Notes: generated from the letters alone by a model not told the origin. Shown: positions 1 through 10,759, counted from the first letter of the stretch. The stretch is DNA of 20,326 nt from Methanobacterium sp. (GCA_003166335.1 PMWA01000031.1:61374-81699), one strand, 5' to 3'. Numbers and translations are program-made.

Positions 1-380
1 TGATTTTCTAATACTATACAAGTATTAGTGATATTATTATTAAGCATACTCACTACACTATTAATTATATAGGTTGTACTATTATTTCCAGCGGTCTGAC
101 CGAAGAATGGCTGATTTCCAGCTAATAAGTTAGTATTGTTAATAACAGTTTCCACTGCATTTAGAGCTGAATTTCTTCCAGCATCTCCTGTATCCTCATC
201 AATCACAGTTATAATATTATTAGCAATAGTAATAGTCACATCACCCCCAATAGCTATAGCTGAAATAGTGTTGACTTCATTGATTATACCATTATACGAA
301 ATAGCAAGTATCATAACCGGTACCAAAAGTAAAAAAGTCAACGGTGTAAAAGCAAAACCCTTATCATCCATCTTTATCAT
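1..380 (-). CDS. Class III signal peptide (pilin-like) protein, 5' part only; runs off the left edge
   Basis: Not in the ORF track. Hand translation of the minus strand from ATG 380 (or ATG 371) is open to the edge: MIKMDDKG|FAFTPLTFLLLVPVMILAISYNGIINEVNTISAIAIGGDVTITIANNII... Same MDDKGF leader plus hydrophobic helix as the upstream gene; starts 19 nt after its stop. Confidence 0.85.
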   Translation of the reverse strand, partial: MIKMDDKGFAFTPLTFLLLVPVMILAISYNGIINEVNTISAIAIGGDVTITIANNIITVIDEDTGDAGRNSALNAVETVINNTNLLAGNQPFFGQTAGNNSTTYIINSVVSMLNNNITNTCIVLEN

Positions 381-399
381 CTTCTTCTAAAATAATTTA

Positions 400-2574
400 T
401 TATTGCTTCCATAATTCCAGTCTTATTGGAATAGCATTTGGTACATTTCCAGAATACACTGTTTCATTTTTTATAAGGCTAGCATTAACATAATAGCCTT
501 GATTTATAAGTGTATTTAGATAATTAGTAAATAAATTTGAATATGAAGCATTTAAAGCACCACTAGGGGTTGATGCAAAGCCAGTTGCCCAGGCATTCTG
601 CAAGAATTGAGGGTATAATACAGATATTCTAGTACCTGAATATATCTCCGGATCTCCTTGATTACCATAACTGCCCGTGCTAGTCGCTAAATCACCGGAT
701 TCATAAGCTGTTGATGGAGTTACGGTTACACTTACGGTGTAATTGCCGGGTTTAGGCACGTTAACTCCATTAACGACTGTGGTGAATATATTCGTAGAAT
801 CATAGCTCGTTAAATTTAAATCGAATTGTACATTACCATTGTAAATAGTGTTACTAGAAGTACCATTACTAACTTTAACTGCTACGTTTCGGGTATTTGT
901 TCCTAAACCCATAAAGAGTAAAACATTCTGCGCACCAGTTTGAATATTAAAGTTTTCGGTTTCAGTCAAAGTTTTTGTAGAACTACTACTATCATTTTGA
1001 TAGTTGTTAAAAACAGTGGTATCCCATCTAATGAAAAATTGACTGTAAGCAATGGTTGCATAACAATTCTGCAATCCCACTAAATCATAATCACCACTAT
1101 TAGCATCATCCCAAATAATAATTCTAACTTTATTATCTCCCATTTTAAGAGGATCCTTATTCATGCTATAATTGGGGTCAGTAATTGAATCATGTAAACT
1201 TATAATACCGGGAACGTTACCGTAACCACCATCACTTCTCTGGGTAGTACTAACGCCAGGTGTATTAAATGAAGTAAACATAGTTGTCCAGTTTCCTGAG
1301 ACTGGATCTTTCACCTGAACAATAGCACCATCTTCACCACCATACGCGTTTAATACAACATAAGCATCCAATACACTTCTACTATTAGGTAAAATCAGAT
1401 CCGTAGTGCTCATTACAGCAGAACCAGATCCTGTGTTACCATTATTTGTATTAGGTATATTGGTTAAAACGAAAGGAGTGGTTAAACTGTAATTATCATT
1501 ACCTTGTAGATTAGTCCATGATAAAGTTTGGGTGGTTACATTTGTAGCCTGTCCGGAACTTATGTTATACAATATACTCTGGGTAGGATTACCTACTCCT
1601 GCAATATTATAAAAATTGGCAGATGTAAAGTTTGTTCCCTGTGGAACACTTATGGTAGTTGTGTAATTAGCTAAAATTGAAAACCAGGGCATAGAATTAT
1701 ATTGTGAAGCATTAAATCGAAGATAAAAATTGTTATTAGACGGGGTACCACTAGTGAATAATGTAGTGTTTAAGCTGTTTAAATAATTGAATATATACCA
1801 GTTAGTACCTTGATATAAATAATGTGGACTAGAGCTTAAATTAAAGCTTGAATTTTTCACGCTTAAGGCAAGTCGACCGTTCAAATAAAAATCGGTGTTA
1901 TAAGCGTAAGGAGTCCCCTCACTAGTTTCATAAGCTGATCCAATCAATATTTGAGCACTATTAATAGTACCACTAGTGGGAATAGTAAAATTTATGGGAA
2001 TATCAGTTTGAGGACTGGCACCGCTTCCACCCCAAAAGTTATACTTACTCAAATATCCAGTACCACTCCATGGTTGGAAGTTCGTTAAATAATTATGGAA
2101 ATTCCACACAGTGGTTACAGTTGTCTGATTCACGGTGGTGAAGTTAACTGCTTCAATTTTATAGTATGATCTTCCCATCCATCCTTCTTGTGGTCCTGAT
2201 ATCACTTTAACTTTAGTTACTGTGTCATTAGATGCGGATAAACCTCCTAATGCATTATTGGTGACTGGCGGATTTGAACCTACCTGCAAACTATAACCAA
2301 TACCGGCTGGTATTAATGAATTAAGCTGAGTTTGTAATTCACTTTGTGCCTGTGCGGAATTGTTACTGGAGTAATCAACAGCAGCTTCACGTAAGGTGCC
2401 GCTTTGATCCATCACATTTAATGCACTACTGGCTAATGATTCCAAATGTTGATGATCCTCTCCTTGATAGATGGGGAGCATAGTATAGGTTACAATGGAG
2501 CCTGTGAACACGAAAACTACTATTAAAGCTAATGCGGCATCTGCTGTGAATATAAATCCTTTATCATCCATCAA
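400..2574 (-). CDS. Large pilin-like surface protein / putative adhesin with class III signal peptide (724 aa)
   Basis: MMDDKG|FIFTADAALALIVVFVF: short charged leader, KG cleavage motif, hydrophobic helix. N/T/S/G-rich beta-type body with many N-x-S/T sequons; ends IRLELWKQ. Confidence 0.75.
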   Translation of the reverse strand: MMDDKGFIFTADAALALIVVFVFTGSIVTYTMLPIYQGEDHQHLESLASSALNVMDQSGTLREAAVDYSSNNSAQAQSELQTQLNSLIPAGIGYSLQVGSNPPVTNNALGGLSASNDTVTKVKVISGPQEGWMGRSYYKIEAVNFTTVNQTTVTTVWNFHNYLTNFQPWSGTGYLSKYNFWGGSGASPQTDIPINFTIPTSGTINSAQILIGSAYETSEGTPYAYNTDFYLNGRLALSVKNSSFNLSSSPHYLYQGTNWYIFNYLNSLNTTLFTSGTPSNNNFYLRFNASQYNSMPWFSILANYTTTISVPQGTNFTSANFYNIAGVGNPTQSILYNISSGQATNVTTQTLSWTNLQGNDNYSLTTPFVLTNIPNTNNGNTGSGSAVMSTTDLILPNSRSVLDAYVVLNAYGGEDGAIVQVKDPVSGNWTTMFTSFNTPGVSTTQRSDGGYGNVPGIISLHDSITDPNYSMNKDPLKMGDNKVRIIIWDDANSGDYDLVGLQNCYATIAYSQFFIRWDTTVFNNYQNDSSSSTKTLTETENFNIQTGAQNVLLFMGLGTNTRNVAVKVSNGTSSNTIYNGNVQFDLNLTSYDSTNIFTTVVNGVNVPKPGNYTVSVTVTPSTAYESGDLATSTGSYGNQGDPEIYSGTRISVLYPQFLQNAWATGFASTPSGALNASYSNLFTNYLNTLINQGYYVNASLIKNETVYSGNVPNAIPIRLELWKQ

Positions 2575-2578
2575 TTTA

Positions 2579-3496
2579 TCACGTCCACAGATATAACGTT
2601 AAATTACAGTTTTGGGGAACTACATTACTATAAGTAATATAAGAGGGAGCGGTGTTTTTCGGGGCTTCTACTATATAGAAATTCATGGAACTGCCGATAC
2701 TATTGGTAGTAATGTTCAAAGTTACTGTGTTGGGATTAGATGAATTAGTGTTTAGGAAAGTAGAGTTTATTGGACCGTAACCCTGGAATATATTGGTGCT
2801 AGTTAAATTTATTGGGTAATTATTAATATTAACAGTGGCTGAAGAATTAGAATTACCACCAGTATTTACAAATAATATATAATAATCATAGTATCGAATG
2901 GATAAGTTGTTGGTTGTAAAGCTGGGAACAGTGTAAATTCTGGTCTGTCCACTATAAAAAATTTGACCAACCAGTGATGTTACAGATTCAAGTTTAGAGC
3001 AGAGGACAACCTTATCAACCCTTACAATATCATTTATACCACTACTACTATTCCCCACTACACTATTATTTCCAAATGTTTGGTTAATGGTTGCAGGGGT
3101 ACCATTTAATGAGGTGATGATTAAATAAAATCCATAAGTGTTATTTCCAATTAAATTCTGTATGTCAGTGTTATTGAGGACGGCGAGTTTATTAGGGTCT
3201 AATGAGTCGGGGATGGATTTATTTGTGTTTGTATTATATTGTGCAAGACCCGTTATATTAGGGGTTACACCTGTTTGCTCCCAATTGTATGGGTCTCCAG
3301 AGGTTTCCGCTAGTGTGTTCATGGTGTCTTGAGCTATTCTATCGGTTGAGCTCTGGTATATTGTGTCCTCTATTTCATATAGGATATTACCCATATCGGC
3401 TGCTACCATGCCCAGTACGATAGTAAGAGGAATGATTGCGAATAATAAATCCAGAGAAATTAAAAATCCTCTTGGATCATCTCTCATAAATCCCAA
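2579..3496 (-). CDS. Minor pilin-like protein with class III signal peptide (305 aa)
   Basis: MRDDPRG|FLISLDLLFAIIPLTIVLG leader; SGDPYNW motif; Asn/Thr-rich; ends LTLYLWT. TTG start at 3496 has GGGGTG just upstream; alternative ATG at 3487. 4-nt gap to the next gene suggests an operon. Confidence 0.75.
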   Translation of the reverse strand: MGFMRDDPRGFLISLDLLFAIIPLTIVLGMVAADMGNILYEIEDTIYQSSTDRIAQDTMNTLAETSGDPYNWEQTGVTPNITGLAQYNTNTNKSIPDSLDPNKLAVLNNTDIQNLIGNNTYGFYLIITSLNGTPATINQTFGNNSVVGNSSSGINDIVRVDKVVLCSKLESVTSLVGQIFYSGQTRIYTVPSFTTNNLSIRYYDYYILFVNTGGNSNSSATVNINNYPINLTSTNIFQGYGPINSTFLNTNSSNPNTVTLNITTNSIGSSMNFYIVEAPKNTAPSYITYSNVVPQNCNLTLYLWT

Positions 3497-3729
3497 GATT
3501 ACACCCCACCATTAATAATCCTATATAATATAAGTGATTTTATTTAGGAATTCTTTATATTTAAATATGACTAAATAGAAGTTTTAATGGGTCTGGATTG
3601 ATAGATATATTTATTAATTAAAATATAATTAATAATAAATATGTAATGTTCACAATAAAAAAATTAGTATTTATAAATTAATACAAAAAGATTATAGATT
3701 ACTTCACATAAAGAAGTGATATGATATAA

Positions 3730-4125
3730 ATGGATCAAAATGCACAAATTTCAGCGGAATTAATTTTATTCGCGGGTTTAATGCTGGTGATTGTGCTGGT
3801 TTTTGCAACAGTAATAGCAAATGAAAATGAATTGAACATGGTTGCAACTGCTGCTAGAATAGGAGCGGATAATGCCACCACCCAATTATCTATTCTAAAC
3901 CCCACTATGAGCCCGGTTAGAGTAACCAAGATATATATGAATAGTACTACGTATGGTATCACTATTACTCTCTCAGGTACAGTAACCTCCACACAGAATA
4001 CGACTTTAATTAATGGTGTAATGAACTCCATGCAAGCCCAGGGATACACTGTATCCGGTAATACAGTAACCAACGCTAGAAATAATTATACTTTTGTTAT
4101 AAATTCTTCGGATATATCAGGATAA
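3730..4125 (+). CDS. Small type IV pilin-like protein, class III signal peptide (DUF361 / QxSxE type)
   Basis: MDQNA|QISAELILFAGLMLVIVLVFA: Q+1, S+3, E+5 followed by a hydrophobic helix, as in EppA-type methanogen pilins; 131 aa. Confidence 0.8.
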   Translation: MDQNAQISAELILFAGLMLVIVLVFATVIANENELNMVATAARIGADNATTQLSILNPTMSPVRVTKIYMNSTTYGITITLSGTVTSTQNTTLINGVMNSMQAQGYTVSGNTVTNARNNYTFVINSSDISG

Positions 4126-4159
4126 AGATCATTTAAGTTTCATAGGAGAAATATTTAAT

Positions 4160-4381
4160 ATGAATGATGATATGGATATAAGTCGACCTGAAAACACCTC
4201 AAAAAAGAGTAAGAGACATATTAATAAATGGGGAGTTTATATTGGCATCATATTTGTAATAATGGGCATAATATGGTACGGAGTAAATATAGGTCTTATA
4301 CCTTTCACTTTAATACAAAAAGAGGCAGGACCCATCGTAATAATCTTAATAGGCTTACTAATATTGATAAGATCACTATAA
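4160..4381 (+). CDS. Small two-TM membrane protein (resembles LiaF/DUF5668-like TM hairpins)
   Basis: AGGAG at about 4144-4148; basic N-terminus, then GIIFVIMGIIWY and PIVIILIGLLIL helices. Confidence 0.65.
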   Translation: MNDDMDISRPENTSKKSKRHINKWGVYIGIIFVIMGIIWYGVNIGLIPFTLIQKEAGPIVIILIGLLILIRSL

Positions 4382-4447
4382 TAAACATAATTTTAGAGAA
4401 AAATAGTAACTATTAGATATAAATTAGTTTTATAGGACTGAAAAAAT

Positions 4448-5476
4448 ATGAAAGATTTATTAAAAAACCTCTCAAACACTCCAGGAGTATCTGGTTTCGA
4501 AAATGAAGTGCGAGATTTAATGACTAGGGAATTAAATGAGTTTGTAGATGAAATAAGTGTGGATAACATGGGTAACCTCATAGCAGTAAAAAATGGTGAT
4601 CCTGGAAATAAAAAGGTCATGTTAGCTGCTCATATGGATGAAATTGGACTCATGGTCAGATTCATCGATGATAAAGGATTCATTAAATTCTCTAAAATTG
4701 GTGGAATAAATGATCAGATGCTTCTCAACCAAACAGTTTACATTCAAACCGCAAAAGGAAATGTAACTGGTGTTATAGGTTCTAAACCACCTCATAAGAT
4801 GAAAGCAGCGGAGTTGAAGAAGATAATTGAATTTGAGGATATGTTTATTGATATAGGCGCTTCCAGTAAGGAGGAAGCTCTAAAACGCGTTAACATTGGA
4901 GATCCCATCATAATAAAACAAGAATTCAAAGAACTAGATAATAAACTAGTCATGGGTAAGGCATTAGATAACCGTGTAGGTTGTGCTATTCTTATTGAAG
5001 TATTGAAACAAGCGGAAAGTGAAGCAACCTTATATGGTGTGGGTACCGTTCAAGAAGAAGTAGGACTTAAGGGAGCTAAAACCAGTGCTTTCAGAATTAA
5101 CCCGGATATAGCATTAGCATTGGATGTAACCATCTCTGGAGATCATCCTGGAATAAAAGAAGAGGAAGCACCAGCGCAAGCTGGTAAAGGACCTGCCATC
5201 ATACTCACCGATGCCAGTGGAAGAGGACTTATAACTCATCCACAAGTCAAAGAACTACTAATATCTACCGCGGAAGAGGAAGGAATTCCTTATCAACTAG
5301 AAGTTAGTGATGGGGGAACCACCGACGCCACATCCATACACCTCACCCGTGAAGGAATACCCACAGGAGTTATATCACCTGCTTCAAGGTATATACACAC
5401 TCCAGTAAGTGTAATTAATCTTGATGATGTGGAAAACACAGTGAAATTGATAGTAGCCGTATTAAAAAGGATTTAA
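4448..5476 (+). CDS. M42 family metallo-aminopeptidase (TET/FrvX-like)
   Basis: Motifs [44 protein letters not shown] match the M42 dimetal ligands. Confidence 0.95.
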   Translation: MKDLLKNLSNTPGVSGFENEVRDLMTRELNEFVDEISVDNMGNLIAVKNGDPGNKKVMLAAHMDEIGLMVRFIDDKGFIKFSKIGGINDQMLLNQTVYIQTAKGNVTGVIGSKPPHKMKAAELKKIIEFEDMFIDIGASSKEEALKRVNIGDPIIIKQEFKELDNKLVMGKALDNRVGCAILIEVLKQAESEATLYGVGTVQEEVGLKGAKTSAFRINPDIALALDVTISGDHPGIKEEEAPAQAGKGPAIILTDASGRGLITHPQVKELLISTAEEEGIPYQLEVSDGGTTDATSIHLTREGIPTGVISPASRYIHTPVSVINLDDVENTVKLIVAVLKRI

Positions 5477-5880
5477 AACTTATAATAAAAATTCATTTAA
5501 ATCAAAGGAAATGTTTAAACACTAAATGAAATTTAACGTATTCACTGGAGGATAACTTTCCTTTAATTTTTTCATTTTCATATAAACTTTTTAATTATTA
5601 TTTTTACATAATTTAATAAAGATTTTATGAGTGCCCATTAAAAAAATGGTTTTAAATCTTAATACCACTTATAATGGTTAATTTTGGTGATTTCGTTAAT
5701 CATTCCATCTCTTTTTGAATAAAAGAATAAATAAAAATGGATATTTATATTAAGATTTAAAAAGTAGGATTCTAATGAACCATCTGGATATTATATAAAC
5801 ATATTATATAATAATTAAAATGTATAAATAATTTTTATCCAGAAATTTTTTGAATTTATTATAAGTGGGGATATTTAATA

Positions 5881-6594
5881 ATGGATTTTGAAGAAATGAT
5901 CATGGATTCTGAAAAAATGATTTTAAGTTCGGTGAAGTACTCCTCGGAGAACTGGATAAAGATCATTGTTTTGGGTTTCATATCGTTAATAGCTTTAATA
6001 GGAATTTCTAACATATTTGTGTCTTTTTTTTTAGTAATAGGATTTATACCTGCAGGTTACCTTTTCCGAATATTGAAAACATCATTTCAAGGTTCCAATG
6101 AACTTCCCATTTTTAATGAATGGATGGAAATGTTCATAGATGGATTCAAAGTAGTATTGGTCATCATTATCTATGCCATACCCATTATTATTATTGCATT
6201 AATATCGAATATTGGCCAACTTCCAACCATTTCAGAGATATCTGCACTATATTTATGGGGTTTTTTAACGGGTTCAAATCTTCAAATAGTTTTATTTTTT
6301 ATCATTGGTTTTATGGAACTCATTGGCATAGCAAACATGGCTTTATATGATGGAGAATTACAAGCAGCATTTAACTTTAGTGAAATACGTCAGAGAATAT
6401 CCAAGATCAACTGGAGGAGATATCTAGTTTTTTATATTCTAATCTGGATAATAGGAATAATAACAGTATTCATCTCCTCGATTACTTTAACTTTACTCGT
6501 GGGAATCTTTATAGTACCATTAATAATTGGTCCTTACTTTTTAGTTTTAGGCACCAGATTTCTGGCTTTAATATTCGCCGCCAGCGAATCATAA
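5881..6594 (+). CDS. DUF4013-like multi-pass membrane protein
   Basis: Several hydrophobic helices; GYLFRIL...ELPIFNEW.EMFIDGFK and AAFNFSEI signatures typical of DUF4013 proteins. Confidence 0.8.
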   Translation: MDFEEMIMDSEKMILSSVKYSSENWIKIIVLGFISLIALIGISNIFVSFFLVIGFIPAGYLFRILKTSFQGSNELPIFNEWMEMFIDGFKVVLVIIIYAIPIIIIALISNIGQLPTISEISALYLWGFLTGSNLQIVLFFIIGFMELIGIANMALYDGELQAAFNFSEIRQRISKINWRRYLVFYILIWIIGIITVFISSITLTLLVGIFIVPLIIGPYFLVLGTRFLALIFAASES

Positions 6595-6672
6595 AACCTT
6601 TTATAATGAAATATTTACTAAAAACGAGAAGAATTATTTAACAAAAAAATTTGTGAAAACTAATCTGTTATA

Positions 6673-6709
6673 TTTTTTTTTAGAAGTTTCAGAGAGTTAA
6701 AAAAAAAAA
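6673..6709. terminator. Probable bidirectional oligo-T terminator region between convergent genes
   Basis: T9 at 6673-6681 on + after the DUF4013 gene; A11 at 6699-6709 (T11 on -) after the KaiC-like gene. Confidence 0.5.
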
Positions 6710-6764
6710 TAGAGATCAATATAAGTGATAAGGAAACTTTTTACTACTAATATAATATAAGCGT

Positions 6765-7475
6765 TTATTTTAAAGGTTTAATTATGGATTTTATATCTAT
6801 TCCATTGGAGTTTATCTCATAAGTTAAAAATTGGGTTGGTGTTTTAGTGCTTCTCATCTTAACTACATCCATAACTCTTTCCCGGCGGCCAGTATAAGGA
6901 TTTTCACGTTTCATTAATTTTATTGCACCATAAACCGAGTATAACGCGTTTTCATTAAATTCATGCGAAGTGGCACTGTCTAGTATGGTTAAAGTGGTGA
7001 TATTTCGTTTCTTCAATTCATAGACTAAAAGGTCTAAACGTGCCCGGAATTCATAGGGAGTTAATTTAGCCGTATAGTTACCCAGATTATCTATTACAAC
7101 GGCTTGAATACCCTCAGGTAAGTTTTCGAGCAATTTAGTGAAACTTCCCTTTATAGATTCGATTTCTATTTTAACTTCCGCTTCTGTAAGCTCAGCACGT
7201 ACTCCTCCGAGCTCTATAATTTTTAATAATCCTTCCTCTACATAATGGGGGATATCCCATCCAAAAGCGCTGCTTTGAGTGTAAAGATCCTCACTATCTT
7301 CTTCTGTGGTTATGTATACTGTTTTAAGGTTTTGTAAACAGCAATTATAAGCGAATTGTAGTCCGAATATGGTTTTACCAGAGCCTGCATCCCCGGTTAT
7401 AAGCAGGGTTCTTCCTATTGGAAATCCCCCTGTAAATTCATCAATTCCATTAATTCCGGTTTTTATTCTTTCCAT
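6765..7475 (-). CDS. Single-domain KaiC-like / RAD55 family ATPase
   Basis: [12 protein letters not shown] start, Walker [15 protein letters not shown], Walker B VVIDN, VVKMRST (K-x-R finger). Confidence 0.9.
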   Translation of the reverse strand: MERIKTGINGIDEFTGGFPIGRTLLITGDAGSGKTIFGLQFAYNCCLQNLKTVYITTEEDSEDLYTQSSAFGWDIPHYVEEGLLKIIELGGVRAELTEAEVKIEIESIKGSFTKLLENLPEGIQAVVIDNLGNYTAKLTPYEFRARLDLLVYELKKRNITTLTILDSATSHEFNENALYSVYGAIKLMKRENPYTGRRERVMDVVKMRSTKTPTQFLTYEINSNGIDIKSIIKPLK

Positions 7476-7617
7476 TAACTTTTCAACCCCTTAACATATT
7501 ATGACGCTGAATTTATAATCATTTCTTTGGGTTTTATATAATTCTTTATTTTTCGTCTAATTTATTTTAATATGAATTATATTTTTTTTATATCAAATAA
7601 TAAAATAAATAAAATAT

Positions 7618-8880
7618 TTATTTATAGTTAAATATGAATTCAAATTCGCAAGAATTGGCGTTATCTGCCATACAATGGTTTTGTTCTACGTTACCATTTA
7701 AATTAGTCCAGGTGAAGCTGCGTATAACAATAGCTCGGCATATTAAACAGAACATGGGGCTGGTTTCAGCTTCAATCCATGGGCAGTTAAGGAATTTAAG
7801 ATATTCATGACCATTGATTTCTTCTCTTTCAGCTTCGATTCCGAGATTTGAGAGGAATGATGATAACCAGGAGATATAACATTGGAAAACGTTTTTTGGA
7901 ATTTTCTCTCCACTATTTTTAATGAGACAATTTTCTAGATCATACTGGAATTGCTTAAGCATATTTTTCTCGAAGCGGTCTGTAAAGTTTTTAGCGATAC
8001 TATTACGGATTTGTGGAGGAATGTTAGATGCAAATACAGGTAGGGCGCTCAAAACAAAATTGGAAAGTTCTCCTCTGGCTTTTTCTTTTAATAATTCTTC
8101 TTTTTCTTTTTCAGCTTTTTTACGTTCGGTAATATCCCTAAAGACTAAGGCCACTCCAATAACACGGCCATTTTCATCTCTAATTGGTGCGCTGCTATCA
8201 TCTATAGGTAGAATACTACCATCCTTAGTTTTTAATAAAGTGGGATCACTTAATTCAATAATCATATTTTTTTGCAGGATTTTGGTTACTGGATCTTCTA
8301 GTGGAAGACCATTATCTTCGTTGATTAGTTGGAATACATCTTTAAGACTTTTTCCGATGGCTTCTTTTTGGCTCCAGCCAGTTACTTTACGCGCTACTGG
8401 GTTCATGAAGATGATGTCACCTTTTTTATCGGTGGCTATTACAGCATCACCGATACTTTCTAGTGTGGTTGAAAGCCATTTTTCGCTTTCTTTAAGTTTA
8501 CGTTCCATCTCATTTTTGTAGATGGCGATTTCAACTGCACTGTGCAGTTCTCTATCCTCGAAGGGTTTTATAATATAACCGAATGGTTCGGTTATTTTAG
8601 CTCTTTTTAAGGTTTCCTCATCAGAGTAGGCGGTTAGGTATAATACTGGTATGTCAAAGCCGTCATGAATTTTCTGGGCAGCTTCTATACCATCCATTTC
8701 ACCTTTGAGTACTATGTCCATTAGAACTAGATCCACTTGATTTTTCTTCACTAATTCTATGGCATCCTCTCCTGAGGGTGTAATTGCAGTGACTTCGTAT
8801 CCCAGGCTTTCGGCTCGGTGTTTTATATCCATAGCCACTATGCTCTCGTCTTCTACTATTAGAAGTTTTATTTTAGACAT
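7618..8880 (-). CDS. Response regulator REC-PAS/PAC with Cys-rich C-terminal output domain (MetOD1/V4R-like)
   Basis: REC: LIVEDE, LMDI phospho-Asp, LTAYSD, IKPF. PAS: DAVIATD..G.I.FMNP.A..VTGW...[10 protein letters not shown]-terminus: NCPW...MFCLIC...HCMA...CEFEF. Confidence 0.85.
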   Translation of the reverse strand: MSKIKLLIVEDESIVAMDIKHRAESLGYEVTAITPSGEDAIELVKKNQVDLVLMDIVLKGEMDGIEAAQKIHDGFDIPVLYLTAYSDEETLKRAKITEPFGYIIKPFEDRELHSAVEIAIYKNEMERKLKESEKWLSTTLESIGDAVIATDKKGDIIFMNPVARKVTGWSQKEAIGKSLKDVFQLINEDNGLPLEDPVTKILQKNMIIELSDPTLLKTKDGSILPIDDSSAPIRDENGRVIGVALVFRDITERKKAEKEKEELLKEKARGELSNFVLSALPVFASNIPPQIRNSIAKNFTDRFEKNMLKQFQYDLENCLIKNSGEKIPKNVFQCYISWLSSFLSNLGIEAEREEINGHEYLKFLNCPWIEAETSPMFCLICRAIVIRSFTWTNLNGNVEQNHCMADNANSCEFEFIFNYK

Positions 8881-8974
8881 TTCTTTTTTACCTTTATAAT
8901 TAGTTGTAATCCTTTTATATTATATATTAATAGATATTATAAGAAATTTTCTTAGATAATTTATATATGTGAAT

Positions 8975-10759
8975 TTAAGTTTTATGAATGTATTCATAGA
9001 TTTTCAAGGCTAAATTATGGTTTATACCATTCACCTGGGAAATTTGTTCAACATTTGCTTCTTTTATTTTTTGAAGACTGCCGAAATGTTTTAATAATTT
9101 AATCTTCCTTTTGGGTCCCACTCCATTGATATGATCTAGTAATGAATCTTTAACCATTTTGGATCTTAATTTTTTATGATAATTAATTGCAAAACGATGT
9201 GCTTCATCTCTAATTCTTTGAAGTAAATGTAATGCATTGGAATTTGGTGGTAATATAATGGGAGCGGATACTTCTGGTATAAATATGTGCTCAAATTCTT
9301 TTGCAAGTCCAATAACCGGAATATTAGTTAAATTTAATAATTTTAAAACTGTTAATGCTACATTAAGCTGGCCTTTACCACCATCCACCACTATAAGATC
9401 GGGTCGATCTGCAGTTTTAACTAATGAATTTACCTCTTCTTCATGCATTAATTTTTTGTATCTTCGCATTAGAACTTCTTTCATCATAGCGTAATCATCA
9501 GGTCCGGTTGTGTCTATTTTATATCTTCTATAACTATTTTTTTTAGGAGCACCATCTTCAAATATTACCATAGATGCCACAGCATTTTTACCGCTTATAT
9601 TAGATATGTCAAAAGCCTCTATGCGTCGGGGAATCTTAGGTATTCCTAGATAAGTTTTCAAATCTAGGAGAGCTCCTTTAACTTCTTTTTGATGATTTTT
9701 GATTATATCCGCATTTTTAGTTACCATTTTAATTAATCTATACTCCATGCCTTTCTCTGGAACTTTAATGGTTACTTCCGTGTCTGATTTCTCCTTAAGC
9801 CAGTCTGTAATTAATTCTTCATCTTCTACATGATATTGTAGTATTAAATCTGAGGGAATCTGCCTGGGGCCGGTGTAATACTGTTTAAGGAAGGCTGATA
9901 AAACTTTTTCGGGTGTGGTTGGCTCCGCAAAACTCATTAAGAAATCATTTTTACCGGTGATTTTACCATCGCGTACTGAGAAGACAACTACTGTTGCGAA
10001 ATCCTCATTTAATGAGCAGGCTATTACATCTTGTTCTAATTGGCGGTTGAACTCCATGTTTTGCCTTTCTAATATTTCTTTTATAGAGTTTATTTGGTCT
10101 CTTAAAACTGTTGCTTTTTCAAATTCCTGGTTTGCTGCGGCTTCCGTCATGATTTTTTTCTGTATGCTTATGATGTCGTAATATTTGCCTTGGAAGAATA
10201 GATTTGCTTTATCCACTAATTGTTGATAATCTTTTATACTTATTTTATTATCACAGGGTGCTTCGCAAAGGTTTATTTGGTAATTGAGGCAGGGTCCGTT
10301 CATGTTTTTACATTCCCGGATTTTGAATAGTGATTTAATGAATTTTAGCATTCTTTTTAAGGCGTAGACGTCTGTGAATGGTCCGTAATAGTATGAATCG
10401 TCATCTGATATTCTTCTGGTTATTAAAATTCTTGGATAGTCTTCTTTAGTTATTTTAATGTAGGGGTATCTTTTATCATCCTTTAAACGAATGTTATAGC
10501 GGGGTAAGTATTTTTTTATGAGGTTGGATTCTAGTATGAGTGCTTCTTTTTCAGTGTCTGTTATTATATATTCTAATGTGTGGAATTGCCGCATCATGGC
10601 TGTGGTTTTAGGTGAGTCTAATTCATCCTTAAAGTAGGATTTAATCCTTTTTTTGAGTGATTTGGCTTTTCCTACGTAGAGTACTTTATCTTTAGCATCT
10701 CGCATGAGATAAATGCCTGGTTTGTCAGGCAGGTCTTCTGGATGGTTTTGTTGAGTCAA
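8975..10759 (-). CDS. uvrC: Excinuclease ABC subunit C
   Basis: GIY-YIG domain (PGIYLMRD...LYVGKAKSL), Cys cluster, UVR coiled coil, RNase H-like ([19 protein letters not shown]), C-terminal HhH (GVGPKR). TTG start with AGGAG upstream. Confidence 0.97.
   Translation of the reverse strand: MTQQNHPEDLPDKPGIYLMRDAKDKVLYVGKAKSLKKRIKSYFKDELDSPKTTAMMRQFHTLEYIITDTEKEALILESNLIKKYLPRYNIRLKDDKRYPYIKITKEDYPRILITRRISDDDSYYYGPFTDVYALKRMLKFIKSLFKIRECKNMNGPCLNYQINLCEAPCDNKISIKDYQQLVDKANLFFQGKYYDIISIQKKIMTEAAANQEFEKATVLRDQINSIKEILERQNMEFNRQLEQDVIACSLNEDFATVVVFSVRDGKITGKNDFLMSFAEPTTPEKVLSAFLKQYYTGPRQIPSDLILQYHVEDEELITDWLKEKSDTEVTIKVPEKGMEYRLIKMVTKNADIIKNHQKEVKGALLDLKTYLGIPKIPRRIEAFDISNISGKNAVASMVIFEDGAPKKNSYRRYKIDTTGPDDYAMMKEVLMRRYKKLMHEEEVNSLVKTADRPDLIVVDGGKGQLNVALTVLKLLNLTNIPVIGLAKEFEHIFIPEVSAPIILPPNSNALHLLQRIRDEAHRFAINYHKKLRSKMVKDSLLDHINGVGPKRKIKLLKHFGSLQKIKEANVEQISQVNGINHNLALKIYEYIHKT

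Noticed and set aside
136..390. 84-aa + strand ORF
   Set aside because: Antisense shadow of the minus-strand pilin-like gene.
1140..1320. KDP motifs (VKDPVS, NKDPLK) in the 724-aa protein as Connectase substrates
   Set aside because: They do not match KDPGA, and the protein is predicted extracellular while the DUF2121 protein has no signal peptide.
3611..3635. Inverted repeat TTATTAATTA-N5-TAATTAATAA in the pilin divergent promoter
   Set aside because: Entirely A/T in an extremely AT-rich spacer; cannot be told from chance.
4402..4414. AATAGT-A-ACTATT palindrome upstream of the M42 gene
   Set aside because: Only 6-bp arms, with spacing different from the 18279 site.
3138..4620. ORFs 3138..3332, 3735..4073, 4228..4416, 4393..4620
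   Set aside because: They overlap better-supported genes in other frames or strands and have no motifs.
5477..5880. About 400-nt intergenic gap
   Set aside because: AT-rich with T-runs and TATA-like elements only; no ORF, repeat or convincing structure found.
6765..7475. Circadian clock interpretation of the KaiC-like gene
   Set aside because: Single domain, no kaiA or kaiB in the window, and no canonical ST phosphosite pair.
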